Shown here one piece after another: positions 39,166 through 48,800 of a stretch of 64,000 nt of DNA. Both the position numbers and the translations under genes were made by a program. The notes beneath the pieces are model-generated. The model made no database searches. It had not been told where the DNA came from and saw only the letters and a program-made list of their open reading frames with translations. Source of the DNA: Deltaproteobacteria bacterium. GTDB lineage: Bacteria; Desulfobacterota_D; UBA1144; Nemesobacterales; CSP1-2. The number at the start of each line of letters is the position of its first letter. Within the stretch, counting starts at the first letter, position 1. Location of the stretch: contig JBQTHB010000005.1 of assembly GCA_052390235.1 (NCBI GenBank), forward strand, positions 1-64,000, in the 5' to 3' direction.

Positions 39166-41490
39166 ATGCAGATACGAGCAGAGTTTTTAACGAAATCGGT
39201 TTTGGTATCGGCTTTTGTTTTTATCAGCGCGCTAACCAGAATATCGGACGGCGAGGATGCCGGCATCCTCGCAGGCTTGAAATTTGGAATCGCGCCGCTT
39301 GCCGCCGCGCAGACCTCGTTTGAAAACGCCTCCGACTATATGCTGCTTGCCCAAAAAACTGTATCGCACAAGGCTCAACATAGAGACAGCGCCCCTGATA
39401 ATCCTCATGGCGGCGACTCATTTCCCCCCGTCCTCTTGGCTTTAGCCGATTCCAAACCGTCGGAAGCAGAAGCAATTGCCGAAGAGACGGAATTTATCTC
39501 TGCTCAGGAAGACGAAGCAGAGTTTACGCTCCCGCAGGAGGCGGTTGAAGCGGCGGCTACTCCATTAGCCAAGCAGGATAATACCGAATCTTCTCCAGAT
39601 GAGAGGGTTTCAGATGGCTTCAACACCCCGGCTCTCGTAGTGGAATCCGAAGAAGGCGAGATTGAATACGGGCAGACCCCCGACCTATACGTTCAGGGGC
39701 AATCCGGGGTGTTTTATAATCCCGATTCCCACTCCTTCGGCTCTGTTGTCCTAGCCCAAAGCACCCTTGATGAGGAACTGCTGAGACGACGAGACGCGGA
39801 GGAGAGTATCAAAGAAGAAATCCCCCTCCAGAAAGCCCCCGGCAGACAGCCCTCCACGCAAGACCCAAGCCAGAGCGAAGAGGATATTATCAAACAGGGC
39901 GATATTGACGAGAACGCCGAGACCGTCCCTCCGCTATTTGAAGAGGAGTTCATCCCCGACCGCTCGGCTAAATCCATATTGGACAGATGGCGTCTGCTCT
40001 ATAATCGCAACTTAATTGACCCCTACAACCAGAACGTGTTAAAAGGGGATTATCCCGTCATCGGCGACGAGATTTTTTTCTCCTTCACCGGAATCAGCGA
40101 CACTCTGTTTGAATTCCGCGAGATTCCCACCATCGTAGGGCCCAGCGCCGGCAGTTCGGGCAGCTTCGGTTTCTTCGGCAAAGACAATCAGGCTTTTTTG
40201 CGCCATAACCTACTGCTGAGGTTTGAGCTTTTCAAGGGAGCTACGGCTTTTAAACCCCTCGATTGGTCTATAAACGCCGTTCTTGCCATCAACCTTCCCG
40301 AATACCTGAAGGTTCAGGAAACCGGCGTCGTAAACGCCAATTTTACCAACGGCACGTCGAGAACCACCGGCGATATACGCCTTCAGGAACTGTCCTACGA
40401 ATACCACCTCAAAGATATATCCGACAGATATGATTTCATTTCAGCCGAGGTAGGAATCCAGCCTTTTAACCTCGACTTCAGAGGATTCGTATTTCTCGAT
40501 ACGAACTTAGGGGCGCGATTCTTCGGCACGTACGACAATAACAGGTTTCAGTACAACGTCGCATTTTTCGACCAATTAGAGAAAGACACAACGAGCGAAT
40601 TTAACACCCTCGAGAGGCGCGACCAGCAAATACTCCTCGCAAACATCTATCGAGAGGACTTCATCTGGCTTGGTTACACCACTCAATTCAGCCTGCTCTA
40701 CACGCACGACGACGGCAACGTAAAATTCGACGATAACAGATTTCTCGTGAGACCCGACGTCGTAGGAGACGCTCAGCCCCGCGACCTCGATATTTTATAC
40801 TTCGGCTGGACGAGCAACGGACACATCGGCACGATAAATGTCAACCACGCCGCCTACTTAGCCATCGGCAAAGACGACAGAAACCCACTTGCCGGGCGCG
40901 AGACAAATATTTTCGGACACATGGCGGCACTAGAGCTTTCAAGGGATTTTGACTGGTACAGACCAAAAGTGTCAGTTTTCTATTCATCCGGCGATAACTC
41001 CCCCACGAGCGGCACGGCTTCGGGATTCGACACGATTCTCGATAAGCCCAATTTCTCAGGCGGCGCGTTCAGCTTCTGGAATCGCCAAGGGATAAGGCTT
41101 CTGGGCGTGGGACTCAATCAGCGCGAAAGCCTCGTTCCTAGCCTCCGTAGCAGTAAAATCGAGGGACAGCCCAATTTCGTCAACCCCGGAATATTCATTG
41201 CAAACGTCGGGCTTGACGTTGAAACGACACCCAAACTAAGGACCTTCTTCAACATCAATTACCTGCGGTTTGTCCATACGAACCCTCTGGAGGACTTCCT
41301 TGACCAGCCAAACATCAGGAACGACATAGGATTCGATTTGAGCATGGGTTTTTTCTACCGCCCCCTTCTCACGAACAACATCATTTTAACGGGCGGGGTA
41401 GCCACATTGCTTCCGGGCGAAGGATTTAAGGATATACTGACCGACAACAACCTGTTCCAAGCCTTTATGAACGTCATATTTGAGTTTTAG
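39166..41490 (+). CDS. Putative outer-membrane beta-barrel protein with long acidic N-terminal region
   Basis: N-terminal signal; about 250 aa acidic low-complexity segment; then amphipathic aromatic-rich beta strands ending in MNVIFEF (terminal-Phe beta signal). Confidence 0.75.
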   Translation: MQIRAEFLTKSVLVSAFVFISALTRISDGEDAGILAGLKFGIAPLAAAQTSFENASDYMLLAQKTVSHKAQHRDSAPDNPHGGDSFPPVLLALADSKPSEAEAIAEETEFISAQEDEAEFTLPQEAVEAAATPLAKQDNTESSPDERVSDGFNTPALVVESEEGEIEYGQTPDLYVQGQSGVFYNPDSHSFGSVVLAQSTLDEELLRRRDAEESIKEEIPLQKAPGRQPSTQDPSQSEEDIIKQGDIDENAETVPPLFEEEFIPDRSAKSILDRWRLLYNRNLIDPYNQNVLKGDYPVIGDEIFFSFTGISDTLFEFREIPTIVGPSAGSSGSFGFFGKDNQAFLRHNLLLRFELFKGATAFKPLDWSINAVLAINLPEYLKVQETGVVNANFTNGTSRTTGDIRLQELSYEYHLKDISDRYDFISAEVGIQPFNLDFRGFVFLDTNLGARFFGTYDNNRFQYNVAFFDQLEKDTTSEFNTLERRDQQILLANIYREDFIWLGYTTQFSLLYTHDDGNVKFDDNRFLVRPDVVGDAQPRDLDILYFGWTSNGHIGTINVNHAAYLAIGKDDRNPLAGRETNIFGHMAALELSRDFDWYRPKVSVFYSSGDNSPTSGTASGFDTILDKPNFSGGAFSFWNRQGIRLLGVGLNQRESLVPSLRSSKIEGQPNFVNPGIFIANVGLDVETTPKLRTFFNINYLRFVHTNPLEDFLDQPNIRNDIGFDLSMGFFYRPLLTNNIILTGGVATLLPGEGFKDILTDNNLFQAFMNVIFEF

Positions 41491-41539
41491 ACCGCCGCTG
41501 GGCGCTACCGCACTAGGATAGAGTCAGGAGGAAAAAGGT

Positions 41540-44500
41540 ATGTCAGAACGGGAAACGAGAGAACATCACAAAATTCGGCTGAAATTTCCCCTCGGCTCGT
41601 TGCTCCCAATATTGGCTGTTGTTGGATTTGCCATCGCCCTTGGTTCTTCGCACTACTACAAAGCGGCTTCATCGGGAGAGCCTAAGAGAGAGAAATTCAC
41701 TAGAAACGCTTACGAGCTTATTAAACAAACCGACGAGCAGGTAGCCCTCAAGAGCGATGGCTGCATATCCTGCCACACCGAAACCGACTCGCGTTCGATG
41801 CACGAGTCTCCAGCGGTAAACATCGGATGCACGGACTGCCACGGGGGAAATTCAGGGGTATTCGCGCCGGTTGGAGCGGCGTTAGGCTCATCCCCGTATG
41901 ACGAGTCGAAGAATAAAGCCCACGTTCTACCGAAGAACCCGGAGATTTGGAAAACCTCCGCCAACCCGGAGCGCTCCTATACGGCTCTGCTTAAAGAAAG
42001 CGCGGAGTTTGTTAAATTCTTCAATCCCGGGGATCTGCGCGTAGCCGAGGAGACCTGCGGCGAATGCCATCAGGAAGAGGTCAGGAATGTCCGAAAGAGC
42101 CTACACACGACGAGCGGCGTTTTCTGGAGCGCGGCTGGCTATAACAACGGTATCTTAACGCAGAAGCGCCCCATGTTTGGCGAGGCTTACAACCGCGAAG
42201 GCGAGCCGGTTACAATAAGGAGCATTCCGCCTCCTACCAAAGAGGAGATAGAAGAAAAAGGAGAGCTTCCCTTCCTTCTCCCGCTTCCAAAGTGGGAGAT
42301 AATGCGGCCAGCAGACAACTTCAGGGTGTTCGAGAAGGGCGGACTCCTCATAAAATCAATATTCCCCGACCTCGGCAACCCGAACCCTCTCGAAGAGGGA
42401 GGAAAGCCCGACATACGACAGAGCAATCGAGGCTTAGGCACTGGGCTTAGAATCAGCGTTCCGATACTCAATATCCATAAAACGCGGCTCAACGACCCGC
42501 ATCTGTCCCTATTAGGCACTAACGACCAGCCCGGCGACTACAGGTCGAGCGGATGCTCCGGCTGCCACGTCGTCTATGCCAACGACAGAGACCCATTTAA
42601 TTCCGCCGGCTATGCCATTCACGGCAACCTAGGCTTGACCAAAACAGTTGACCCGACGATACCCAAAACGGAATCCGGTCATCCGATAGAGCATAAATTC
42701 ACCTCCGCCATCCCGTCGAGCCAGTGCATCGTATGCCATATGCACCAGCCGAACGTCTTTGTGAACACGTACTTGGGATACACGATGTGGGACTATGAAA
42801 CCGACGCCGAGGCGATGTGGCCAAAGGAGCAGCGATACCCTACCGACACCGAAGCCTTAGCGATACTCCAGAGAAACCCCGAAGAGGCGGCAATTAGAGG
42901 GCTTTGGGGAGACGTGGCATTCCTAGCAAATGTGTGGGACTTAAACTCCAAGCTCAAGCACACGCAATTTGCCGACTACCACGGACACGGATGGAATTTC
43001 CGCGCCGTATTTAAGCAGGATAAAAAGGGCAACTTCCTCGATATTAACGATGCGGTCATTCCGTTTGAGGATATAAATTCCCAGAAACTCCAGCGAGCGG
43101 TCAAAGAAACCACCGAGAACCCCGAAGAGCGCGGCGGAATTCCCGTTCACCTCAAGGACATACATCTCGAAAAAGGGATGCACTGCACCGACTGCCACTT
43201 CGAGCAAGACAGCCACGGAAACGGCAGACTCCACGGCGAGTACGCTAACGCAATTGAAATCGGCTGTATTGACTGCCACGGAACTATAAGGGATAAAGCC
43301 ACGCTCCAAACATCGGGCATCGCCGCCCCTAAGGGGGGACACGACCTGTCCGCTCTCAGAACCCCAAGCGGCGCAAGACGGTTCGTATGGAAGGATGAGA
43401 GGCTCTTCCAGCGCTCTATGGTAACGCCGGGGCTTGAGTGGGAAGTCATACAAGTAGCGGACAGCGTCAATCCCCTTTCCGAGGGGTACAATACAAAAGC
43501 GGCGCGCGCCAAAACCGTCAGGAAAGACGGCGTTACATGGGGGAGCACCCCTTCCCCGGAGCGCGAGAAAACCCTAGCCCACTCGAACGACAACATGGAG
43601 TGCTTCACCTGCCATACTTCATGGACGACAGCCTGCGCCGGGTGCCACCTCCCGATTGAGGCAAACTGGAAGGTTAAGGTGAAGCACTTTGAAGGGCTGC
43701 AGACGAGAAACTTCGCCACTTATAACCCTCAGGCTGTGAGAACCGACCAATTTATCCTCGGCATTCACGGCGCCACGAAAAAAGGGAGAATAGCCCCTAT
43801 CCGCTCCTCAAGCGCTCTTGTGCTAAGCTCCACGAACGCCCAGAGAGAGAGGATTTATATTCAGCAAGCCCCTCTATCCTCAGCCGGCTACAGCAGTCAG
43901 GCGTTTAACCCGCATTTTCCACATACCGTGCGCACAGGGGAGACAAAAACCTGCACCGACTGCCACATATCCGATGCGAATGACAACAACGCGTGGATGC
44001 AGTCGCTCCTTGGGCAGGGGTCTAATTTTGTCAACTTCATCGGGCGCAACGCCTGGGTCGCCCTAGGCGAAGACGGTTTTGAAGCCATAAACGTTACCGA
44101 ATGGCAGGAGCCTCAAGCCGTCATCGGAAGCTACCTGCACAGAGTCGCATACCCCGATTTCTACGCCACGCACAAGGCGGCAGGAGATAATCTGCAAACC
44201 GCCCATCATCACACCGCAACAAACGTTCTCGATATTCAGCTCCGCGGAGAGTATCTATACACGGCGGATGGCGCCGGAGGATTCCGGGCGTTCGACGTGT
44301 CAAACGTTGACAACAAAGGCTTTTCCGAGCGCACCATAACCGCCCCTGTGTCACCCCTCGGACAGCGCACCTACGTGAAGAGCAAATACGCCACAGCCGT
44401 AGGGCTTCCTACGACGATGCCCGTTGACCCCACGCGGTGCTACCGTATCGAGCGGGGCGGAAAACCGTTCAAGCCCGAAGAAGCTATACCCCAAGAGGCC

Positions 44501-45457
44501 TGCCTGCCGGAAAATCAGGAGCAGAAGTTCTCGGACATCTACCGCTATGTGTTCGTTACGGATAAATACGAGGGGCTTTTGGTGATAAACGTTGACACGC
44601 TAGCAGACCGCGACCCGGACAATAACTTCGTCAAGCTCATGGCTAAATTCAACCCCGAAGGGATTCTCGACGGAGCAATAAATATAGCTATTGCCGGCAA
44701 TTACGCCTACATCGCCGCAGATAGAGGACTCGTTGTCGTGAGCATTGAAACCCCGCTTGAGCCGCGAGTCGTAGCAGCCATCGGCGATTCAATGATAGTA
44801 AAGCCCAGGGCCATAGATATTCAGTTCCGCTACGCCTTTGTCATTGACGCCGAGGGGATGAAAACCGTTGACGTCACAAACCCGGAGAAACCCCTTTATG
44901 TATCTTCAGGGAAAATCGCGCTTGGCAGCGAAGCCTTTGACATCTACGTCGCCCGCACCTACGCCTACATAGCCGGAGGCAGGGATGGACTCATTATAGT
45001 TGACATCGAGAAGCCTGAGAAGCCTTTTATAGACCGAATCTATAACGCGGGAGGCAAGATAAACGACACCAGAGACGTCAAAATAGGCACGACCAACGCG
45101 AGCCTATTCGCCTACCTCGCGGACGGGAAAAATGGGCTTCGGGTGCTGCAGTTGACCTCCCCCGACACGACCCCCGGATACTACGGATTCAGCCCGCGCC
45201 CCGCGCCGGAACTGATAGCCACTTACCACACGCACAAGCCCGCCCTAGCAATATCCAAAGGACTCGACAGGGACAGAGCCGTGGATGAGAGCGGCAATCA
45301 GGTAAGCGTTTTCGGGCGCTTGGGTTCAAGACCATTTAACCTCGAAGAGATGAAGAGGCTCTACATCAAAGACGGAAAAATCTACAGGGTTTCCGATAAA
45401 CCGAGGGGAAATTTAACTCCGTTGTCAATGGGGGATGGAGAAGCCGGCGCCCGATAG
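41540..45457 (+). CDS. Decaheme c-type cytochrome fused to LVIVD-repeat beta-propeller
   Basis: Signal/TM at N-terminus. Ten CXXCH: CISCH, CTDCH, CGECH, CSGCH, CIVCH, CTDCH, CIDCH, CFTCH, CAGCH, CTDCH. About six C-terminal repeats such as YAYIAGGRDGLIIVDI. Confidence 0.9.
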   Translation: MSERETREHHKIRLKFPLGSLLPILAVVGFAIALGSSHYYKAASSGEPKREKFTRNAYELIKQTDEQVALKSDGCISCHTETDSRSMHESPAVNIGCTDCHGGNSGVFAPVGAALGSSPYDESKNKAHVLPKNPEIWKTSANPERSYTALLKESAEFVKFFNPGDLRVAEETCGECHQEEVRNVRKSLHTTSGVFWSAAGYNNGILTQKRPMFGEAYNREGEPVTIRSIPPPTKEEIEEKGELPFLLPLPKWEIMRPADNFRVFEKGGLLIKSIFPDLGNPNPLEEGGKPDIRQSNRGLGTGLRISVPILNIHKTRLNDPHLSLLGTNDQPGDYRSSGCSGCHVVYANDRDPFNSAGYAIHGNLGLTKTVDPTIPKTESGHPIEHKFTSAIPSSQCIVCHMHQPNVFVNTYLGYTMWDYETDAEAMWPKEQRYPTDTEALAILQRNPEEAAIRGLWGDVAFLANVWDLNSKLKHTQFADYHGHGWNFRAVFKQDKKGNFLDINDAVIPFEDINSQKLQRAVKETTENPEERGGIPVHLKDIHLEKGMHCTDCHFEQDSHGNGRLHGEYANAIEIGCIDCHGTIRDKATLQTSGIAAPKGGHDLSALRTPSGARRFVWKDERLFQRSMVTPGLEWEVIQVADSVNPLSEGYNTKAARAKTVRKDGVTWGSTPSPEREKTLAHSNDNMECFTCHTSWTTACAGCHLPIEANWKVKVKHFEGLQTRNFATYNPQAVRTDQFILGIHGATKKGRIAPIRSSSALVLSSTNAQRERIYIQQAPLSSAGYSSQAFNPHFPHTVRTGETKTCTDCHISDANDNNAWMQSLLGQGSNFVNFIGRNAWVALGEDGFEAINVTEWQEPQAVIGSYLHRVAYPDFYATHKAAGDNLQTAHHHTATNVLDIQLRGEYLYTADGAGGFRAFDVSNVDNKGFSERTITAPVSPLGQRTYVKSKYATAVGLPTTMPVDPTRCYRIERGGKPFKPEEAIPQEACLPENQEQKFSDIYRYVFVTDKYEGLLVINVDTLADRDPDNNFVKLMAKFNPEGILDGAINIAIAGNYAYIAADRGLVVVSIETPLEPRVVAAIGDSMIVKPRAIDIQFRYAFVIDAEGMKTVDVTNPEKPLYVSSGKIALGSEAFDIYVARTYAYIAGGRDGLIIVDIEKPEKPFIDRIYNAGGKINDTRDVKIGTTNASLFAYLADGKNGLRVLQLTSPDTTPGYYGFSPRPAPELIATYHTHKPALAISKGLDRDRAVDESGNQVSVFGRLGSRPFNLEEMKRLYIKDGKIYRVSDKPRGNLTPLSMGDGEAGAR

Positions 45458-45494
45458 CAGAGCGCGTAAAATTCCATTTATAAAGGAAATTGAG

Positions 45495-46874
45495 ATGAGA
45501 GATAAAAATAGAGGCTACAGCGCGTTTGCCATATTAATGGGGTTTGTTTTAGCCGTTCTTTGCGTATATGGCGCTTTATGGTCTGGCAGAGAGTCCAAAG
45601 CCGAAGCCCCCTCAGGCGATAAGTACATGGGAGCGGGAACCTGCGCCTCCAGCAACTGCCACGGGGCGGGCGAGGCGAGAAAACGCCCCGGAATCGAAAT
45701 TAACCAAAACGAGCTGTCAATCTGGTTCACTAAAGATAAACACAGAAGGGCTTACGACCTGCTTCTCAACGCCGAGTCCAAGCTGATTGCCAAGAACCTC
45801 AGACTCCCCCAGCCAGCGGAGAAAAGCGAGAAGTGCCTCGTGTGCCACAGCGCCTACGCCTCCCCCGCGCTCCTCGATGAGGGGGTTGATATTACCGACG
45901 GCGTGAGCTGCGAGACCTGTCATGGTCCCTCAGAGAGATGGCTTCAGCCCCACACGGCTTCCGATTGGACTTATGAGAAGTCCCTCGAACTGGGGATGTA
46001 TGATACGAAAAACGTCTTCAGGCGCACAGAAATCTGCCTCGACTGCCATATCGGCAACGGGGCAAGAACGGTTGACCACGAACTCATTGCGGCGGGACAC
46101 CCAGACCTCAACCGATTTGAACTCGATACCTTCCTCGCCTCGATGCCGCAGCACTGGAGAAGAGAGCCGGAAGAAGCCGCACTCAACGGCTGGGCGGGGA
46201 CAAAGCGATGGAGCGCCGGGCAGACTGTATCGCTGAGAAGGTCAATGGAGCAACTCTCCTACCGCACTAAGAAAAATTCATGGCGCGCTTGGCCCGATTT
46301 TGCAGATTTTGACTGCTTCTCCTGTCATCACGACTTGGGGACAGACCCGTGGCGGCAGGCAAAGGGCTACACGCGCACGCCGGGGCTTCCACCTTGGAAC
46401 ACGGCGAGATACGTTACGGTAAGGCACTTGGCGGCAAAAATTTCCCCTAGCCTGAAGGGGCAAATTGACAAGGAAGTCGCCACTCTTTCAGGGTTATTGG
46501 ATAAAGCCGGCTCTGGAGGTCCCTCGCAAATTGCGGCATCTGCGGCGAGGCTGGCGGATTTAATGCGCAGGCTTGAGGCGGCGGGGCAGAGCGCGGCATT
46601 CGACAGGGGACTTACCCTGGGCTTGCTGCTCAGTATTTCCGGGGACGGCGATTACATATCGAACGGTGGGGTTCGCCCGGCGGAGCAGGCGGCATTAGCG
46701 CTTGAGACGCTCTTTTTCACCTATAGCTCAAACATCGCCGCCGCCAACGCGCAGGAGATTCGCAGCGCCATATCGGGGCTATTTGATATTGTCAAAAAAC
46801 CGGAGAGTTACGAGCCGCGAAAATTTAATAATCAGATGAAAGCGGTAAACCGTCTCCTATCGAGCAATAAATAG
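45495..46874 (+). CDS. Cytochrome c554-like multiheme protein (4 CXXCH + 1 CX4CH) with helical C-terminal domain
   Basis: Y.GAGT-CASSNCH, CLVCH, GVS-CETCH-GP, CLDCH, CFSCH; N-terminal TM/signal. Start placed at ATG 45495 (AAGGA SD). Confidence 0.88.
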   Translation: MRDKNRGYSAFAILMGFVLAVLCVYGALWSGRESKAEAPSGDKYMGAGTCASSNCHGAGEARKRPGIEINQNELSIWFTKDKHRRAYDLLLNAESKLIAKNLRLPQPAEKSEKCLVCHSAYASPALLDEGVDITDGVSCETCHGPSERWLQPHTASDWTYEKSLELGMYDTKNVFRRTEICLDCHIGNGARTVDHELIAAGHPDLNRFELDTFLASMPQHWRREPEEAALNGWAGTKRWSAGQTVSLRRSMEQLSYRTKKNSWRAWPDFADFDCFSCHHDLGTDPWRQAKGYTRTPGLPPWNTARYVTVRHLAAKISPSLKGQIDKEVATLSGLLDKAGSGGPSQIAASAARLADLMRRLEAAGQSAAFDRGLTLGLLLSISGDGDYISNGGVRPAEQAALALETLFFTYSSNIAAANAQEIRSAISGLFDIVKKPESYEPRKFNNQMKAVNRLLSSNK

Positions 46875-46990
46875 AGCGGATTGCAATTTCATGCGATGGA
46901 GATAATCCGCCAGCAATTACTGGCTACAACATATCTAAATATGTTATTATGCAAGTCGTAAGTAAAAATATATAAAGGAGGGAAACACCA

Positions 46991-48667
46991 ATGAGTAGAT
47001 ATAAATTGCTCGGCTCGGCTCTAGCGATTTTATTCGTCGCTTCAGTCAGTATATCAACGCTGTGGACTGCGTCGCCCGCGAACGCCGCAGACCACAGAGA
47101 AGCCCCGCTAGTGAATTTTCAGCCCGCGCTTGACCTCACCGATAGCTTCGCATTTTTAAGCCCCGATGAGACTCGGCTCGTTGTGGTTAACACGGTTAAT
47201 CCGTTTTCAGTGCCTGCCGTGCTGTCTAGCTACGGGTTCTCCACCACGGCGCTCTATCAAATAAAGATTGACAACAACGGAGATGCCATAGAGGACTTCG
47301 TAGTGCAATGCGTTTTCAGCGGCGGCGGAGGGGCTTTTAACCAAACCGTGAGCTGTTTCGGTCCTGCCGCTCCCACGACAACGGGGGTTGTAAATAGGCT
47401 TCTTCCGGGGTCTCCCGTGGCTCAGGGCCCCACAAATCAAATCATTAACGGCTCGAACGGGGTTCAGGTGTTCGCGGGACTGCGCGAGGACCCGTTTGTT
47501 ACCGACGCCTCGCAGCTCGTCTCCAGAATTATTGGAGCTGGGGGAGTCGTGGCGAATCAGGACGTTGCCCGTGAGTTCACCTCGCCCGCGCTTGGATTCC
47601 TGCGCGGACGCCCAATTAGAGAGGATGGGACAAGCGGCGTGGACACATTCGGCGGATTCAACGCAAGCTCGATTATCGTATCATTCCCGAAGAATTTAGT
47701 GCGCGGTCCCGGATTTTTCGGTATTCCCGGGCTAATTTCATTCTGGGGAACCGTTAACACCCCTGTTGCCGGCTCACCCGGAGATTTTACGCAGGTAGAG
47801 AGATTTGGACAGCAACTCGTAGCCACGGTATTCGTTCCGGGCCCGATGCGAAACGCCTTTAACGCGGCAATACCGCAGAACGATATGGCGGCGTTCGGCA
47901 ACCTAATCCCCGGCACCCTCACCACGACCGACAACGACGGCACGGGTAATACTATCGCTGGCAGAGCGGCTCTGCTCGACGCCGTAGGGGTTACGGCTCT
48001 TCCCAACGGCGCCCCGCTCCTCCTGCCCCCTTCGTTTAATAACACAAACCCGAACCTTCTGAGGATTGCCCTGCTTCCAGATGTGGGAAGGCTCGACTTA
48101 GACCGCGCCCCAGAGGATTTTGCTATTGGAGCGTTTGGGCTTCAGAACGGGCGCACCCCTCAGTTTGATGTTACGGACGTACTGCTGAGGCTTGCCAGAC
48201 AGCTCGCCGATATTAAATTCCCGGACGGCGCTGGAGTTCCGGGGAGCGGCCCGCTTGGAACTAGGGCGGCTCTGAACTGCTCAGATTTGGCTACGTTCCC
48301 GCAGTGTACGGATAGGAGAATATTAGCCGTGCTTCAGGGGACGGATTTTATTGAAGCCGACGATAGAGTGGCAGACGTATCCGACAGCGGGAACATTGTG
48401 GAGTTTCCGAGCGTTACAGGCGGAACAACGGCTCTATTCGCCGAGACTGTGTTTCCGTTCTTCGGAGCGCCGAACGCTCTACCGGGAGATCTGGGAACGT
48501 CAAACTTCCCGCGCCAGACAAACGACGTGTTTGATGTTTTCATCAGCGATGGTGACGGATGCTCGCTTGCCGCATCGGGAAAGGGAAACATGAGCGGCAT
48601 TGGGCTTATGCTACTTGCGCCGGTGGTTTATGTGTTTGTGAGAAGGCTTAGGAAAAAAAATAAATAA
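46991..48667 (+). CDS. DUF4331-family exported protein, copy 1, with Cys-containing C-terminal sorting signal
   Basis: Signal peptide ending ANA; ADHREAP...D..D..AF.SP, VFAGLREDPF, QVERFG, NGR; tail DGDGCSL...TM...RRLRKKNK. Confidence 0.85.
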   Translation: MSRYKLLGSALAILFVASVSISTLWTASPANAADHREAPLVNFQPALDLTDSFAFLSPDETRLVVVNTVNPFSVPAVLSSYGFSTTALYQIKIDNNGDAIEDFVVQCVFSGGGGAFNQTVSCFGPAAPTTTGVVNRLLPGSPVAQGPTNQIINGSNGVQVFAGLREDPFVTDASQLVSRIIGAGGVVANQDVAREFTSPALGFLRGRPIREDGTSGVDTFGGFNASSIIVSFPKNLVRGPGFFGIPGLISFWGTVNTPVAGSPGDFTQVERFGQQLVATVFVPGPMRNAFNAAIPQNDMAAFGNLIPGTLTTTDNDGTGNTIAGRAALLDAVGVTALPNGAPLLLPPSFNNTNPNLLRIALLPDVGRLDLDRAPEDFAIGAFGLQNGRTPQFDVTDVLLRLARQLADIKFPDGAGVPGSGPLGTRAALNCSDLATFPQCTDRRILAVLQGTDFIEADDRVADVSDSGNIVEFPSVTGGTTALFAETVFPFFGAPNALPGDLGTSNFPRQTNDVFDVFISDGDGCSLAASGKGNMSGIGLMLLAPVVYVFVRRLRKKNK

Positions 48668-48695
48668 TCCACGTATGTAATGGCTAGTTATCCAA

Positions 48696-48731
48696 ACAGG
48701 GCGACGAAAAACATCGCTCTGTCTTTTTTTT
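48696..48731 (+). terminator. Intrinsic terminator after DUF4331 copy 1
   Basis: ACAGGGCGA...TCGCTCTGT stem followed by C and a T8 run. Confidence 0.65.
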
Positions 48732-48800
48732 ATGTTAATCTGCCGCCGCCAATCTATCGTATAGGTATATACAAAACATAACAAGAGGAGGGAAACACCA

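Noticed and set aside
39166..46874. Calling the barrel-decaheme pair MtrAB, or the c554-like protein part of a Hao/ammonia-oxidation module
   Set aside because: Heme spacing, protein sizes and the LVIVD fusion differ from MtrA/MtrB; no hao, cycB or amo genes are in the window.
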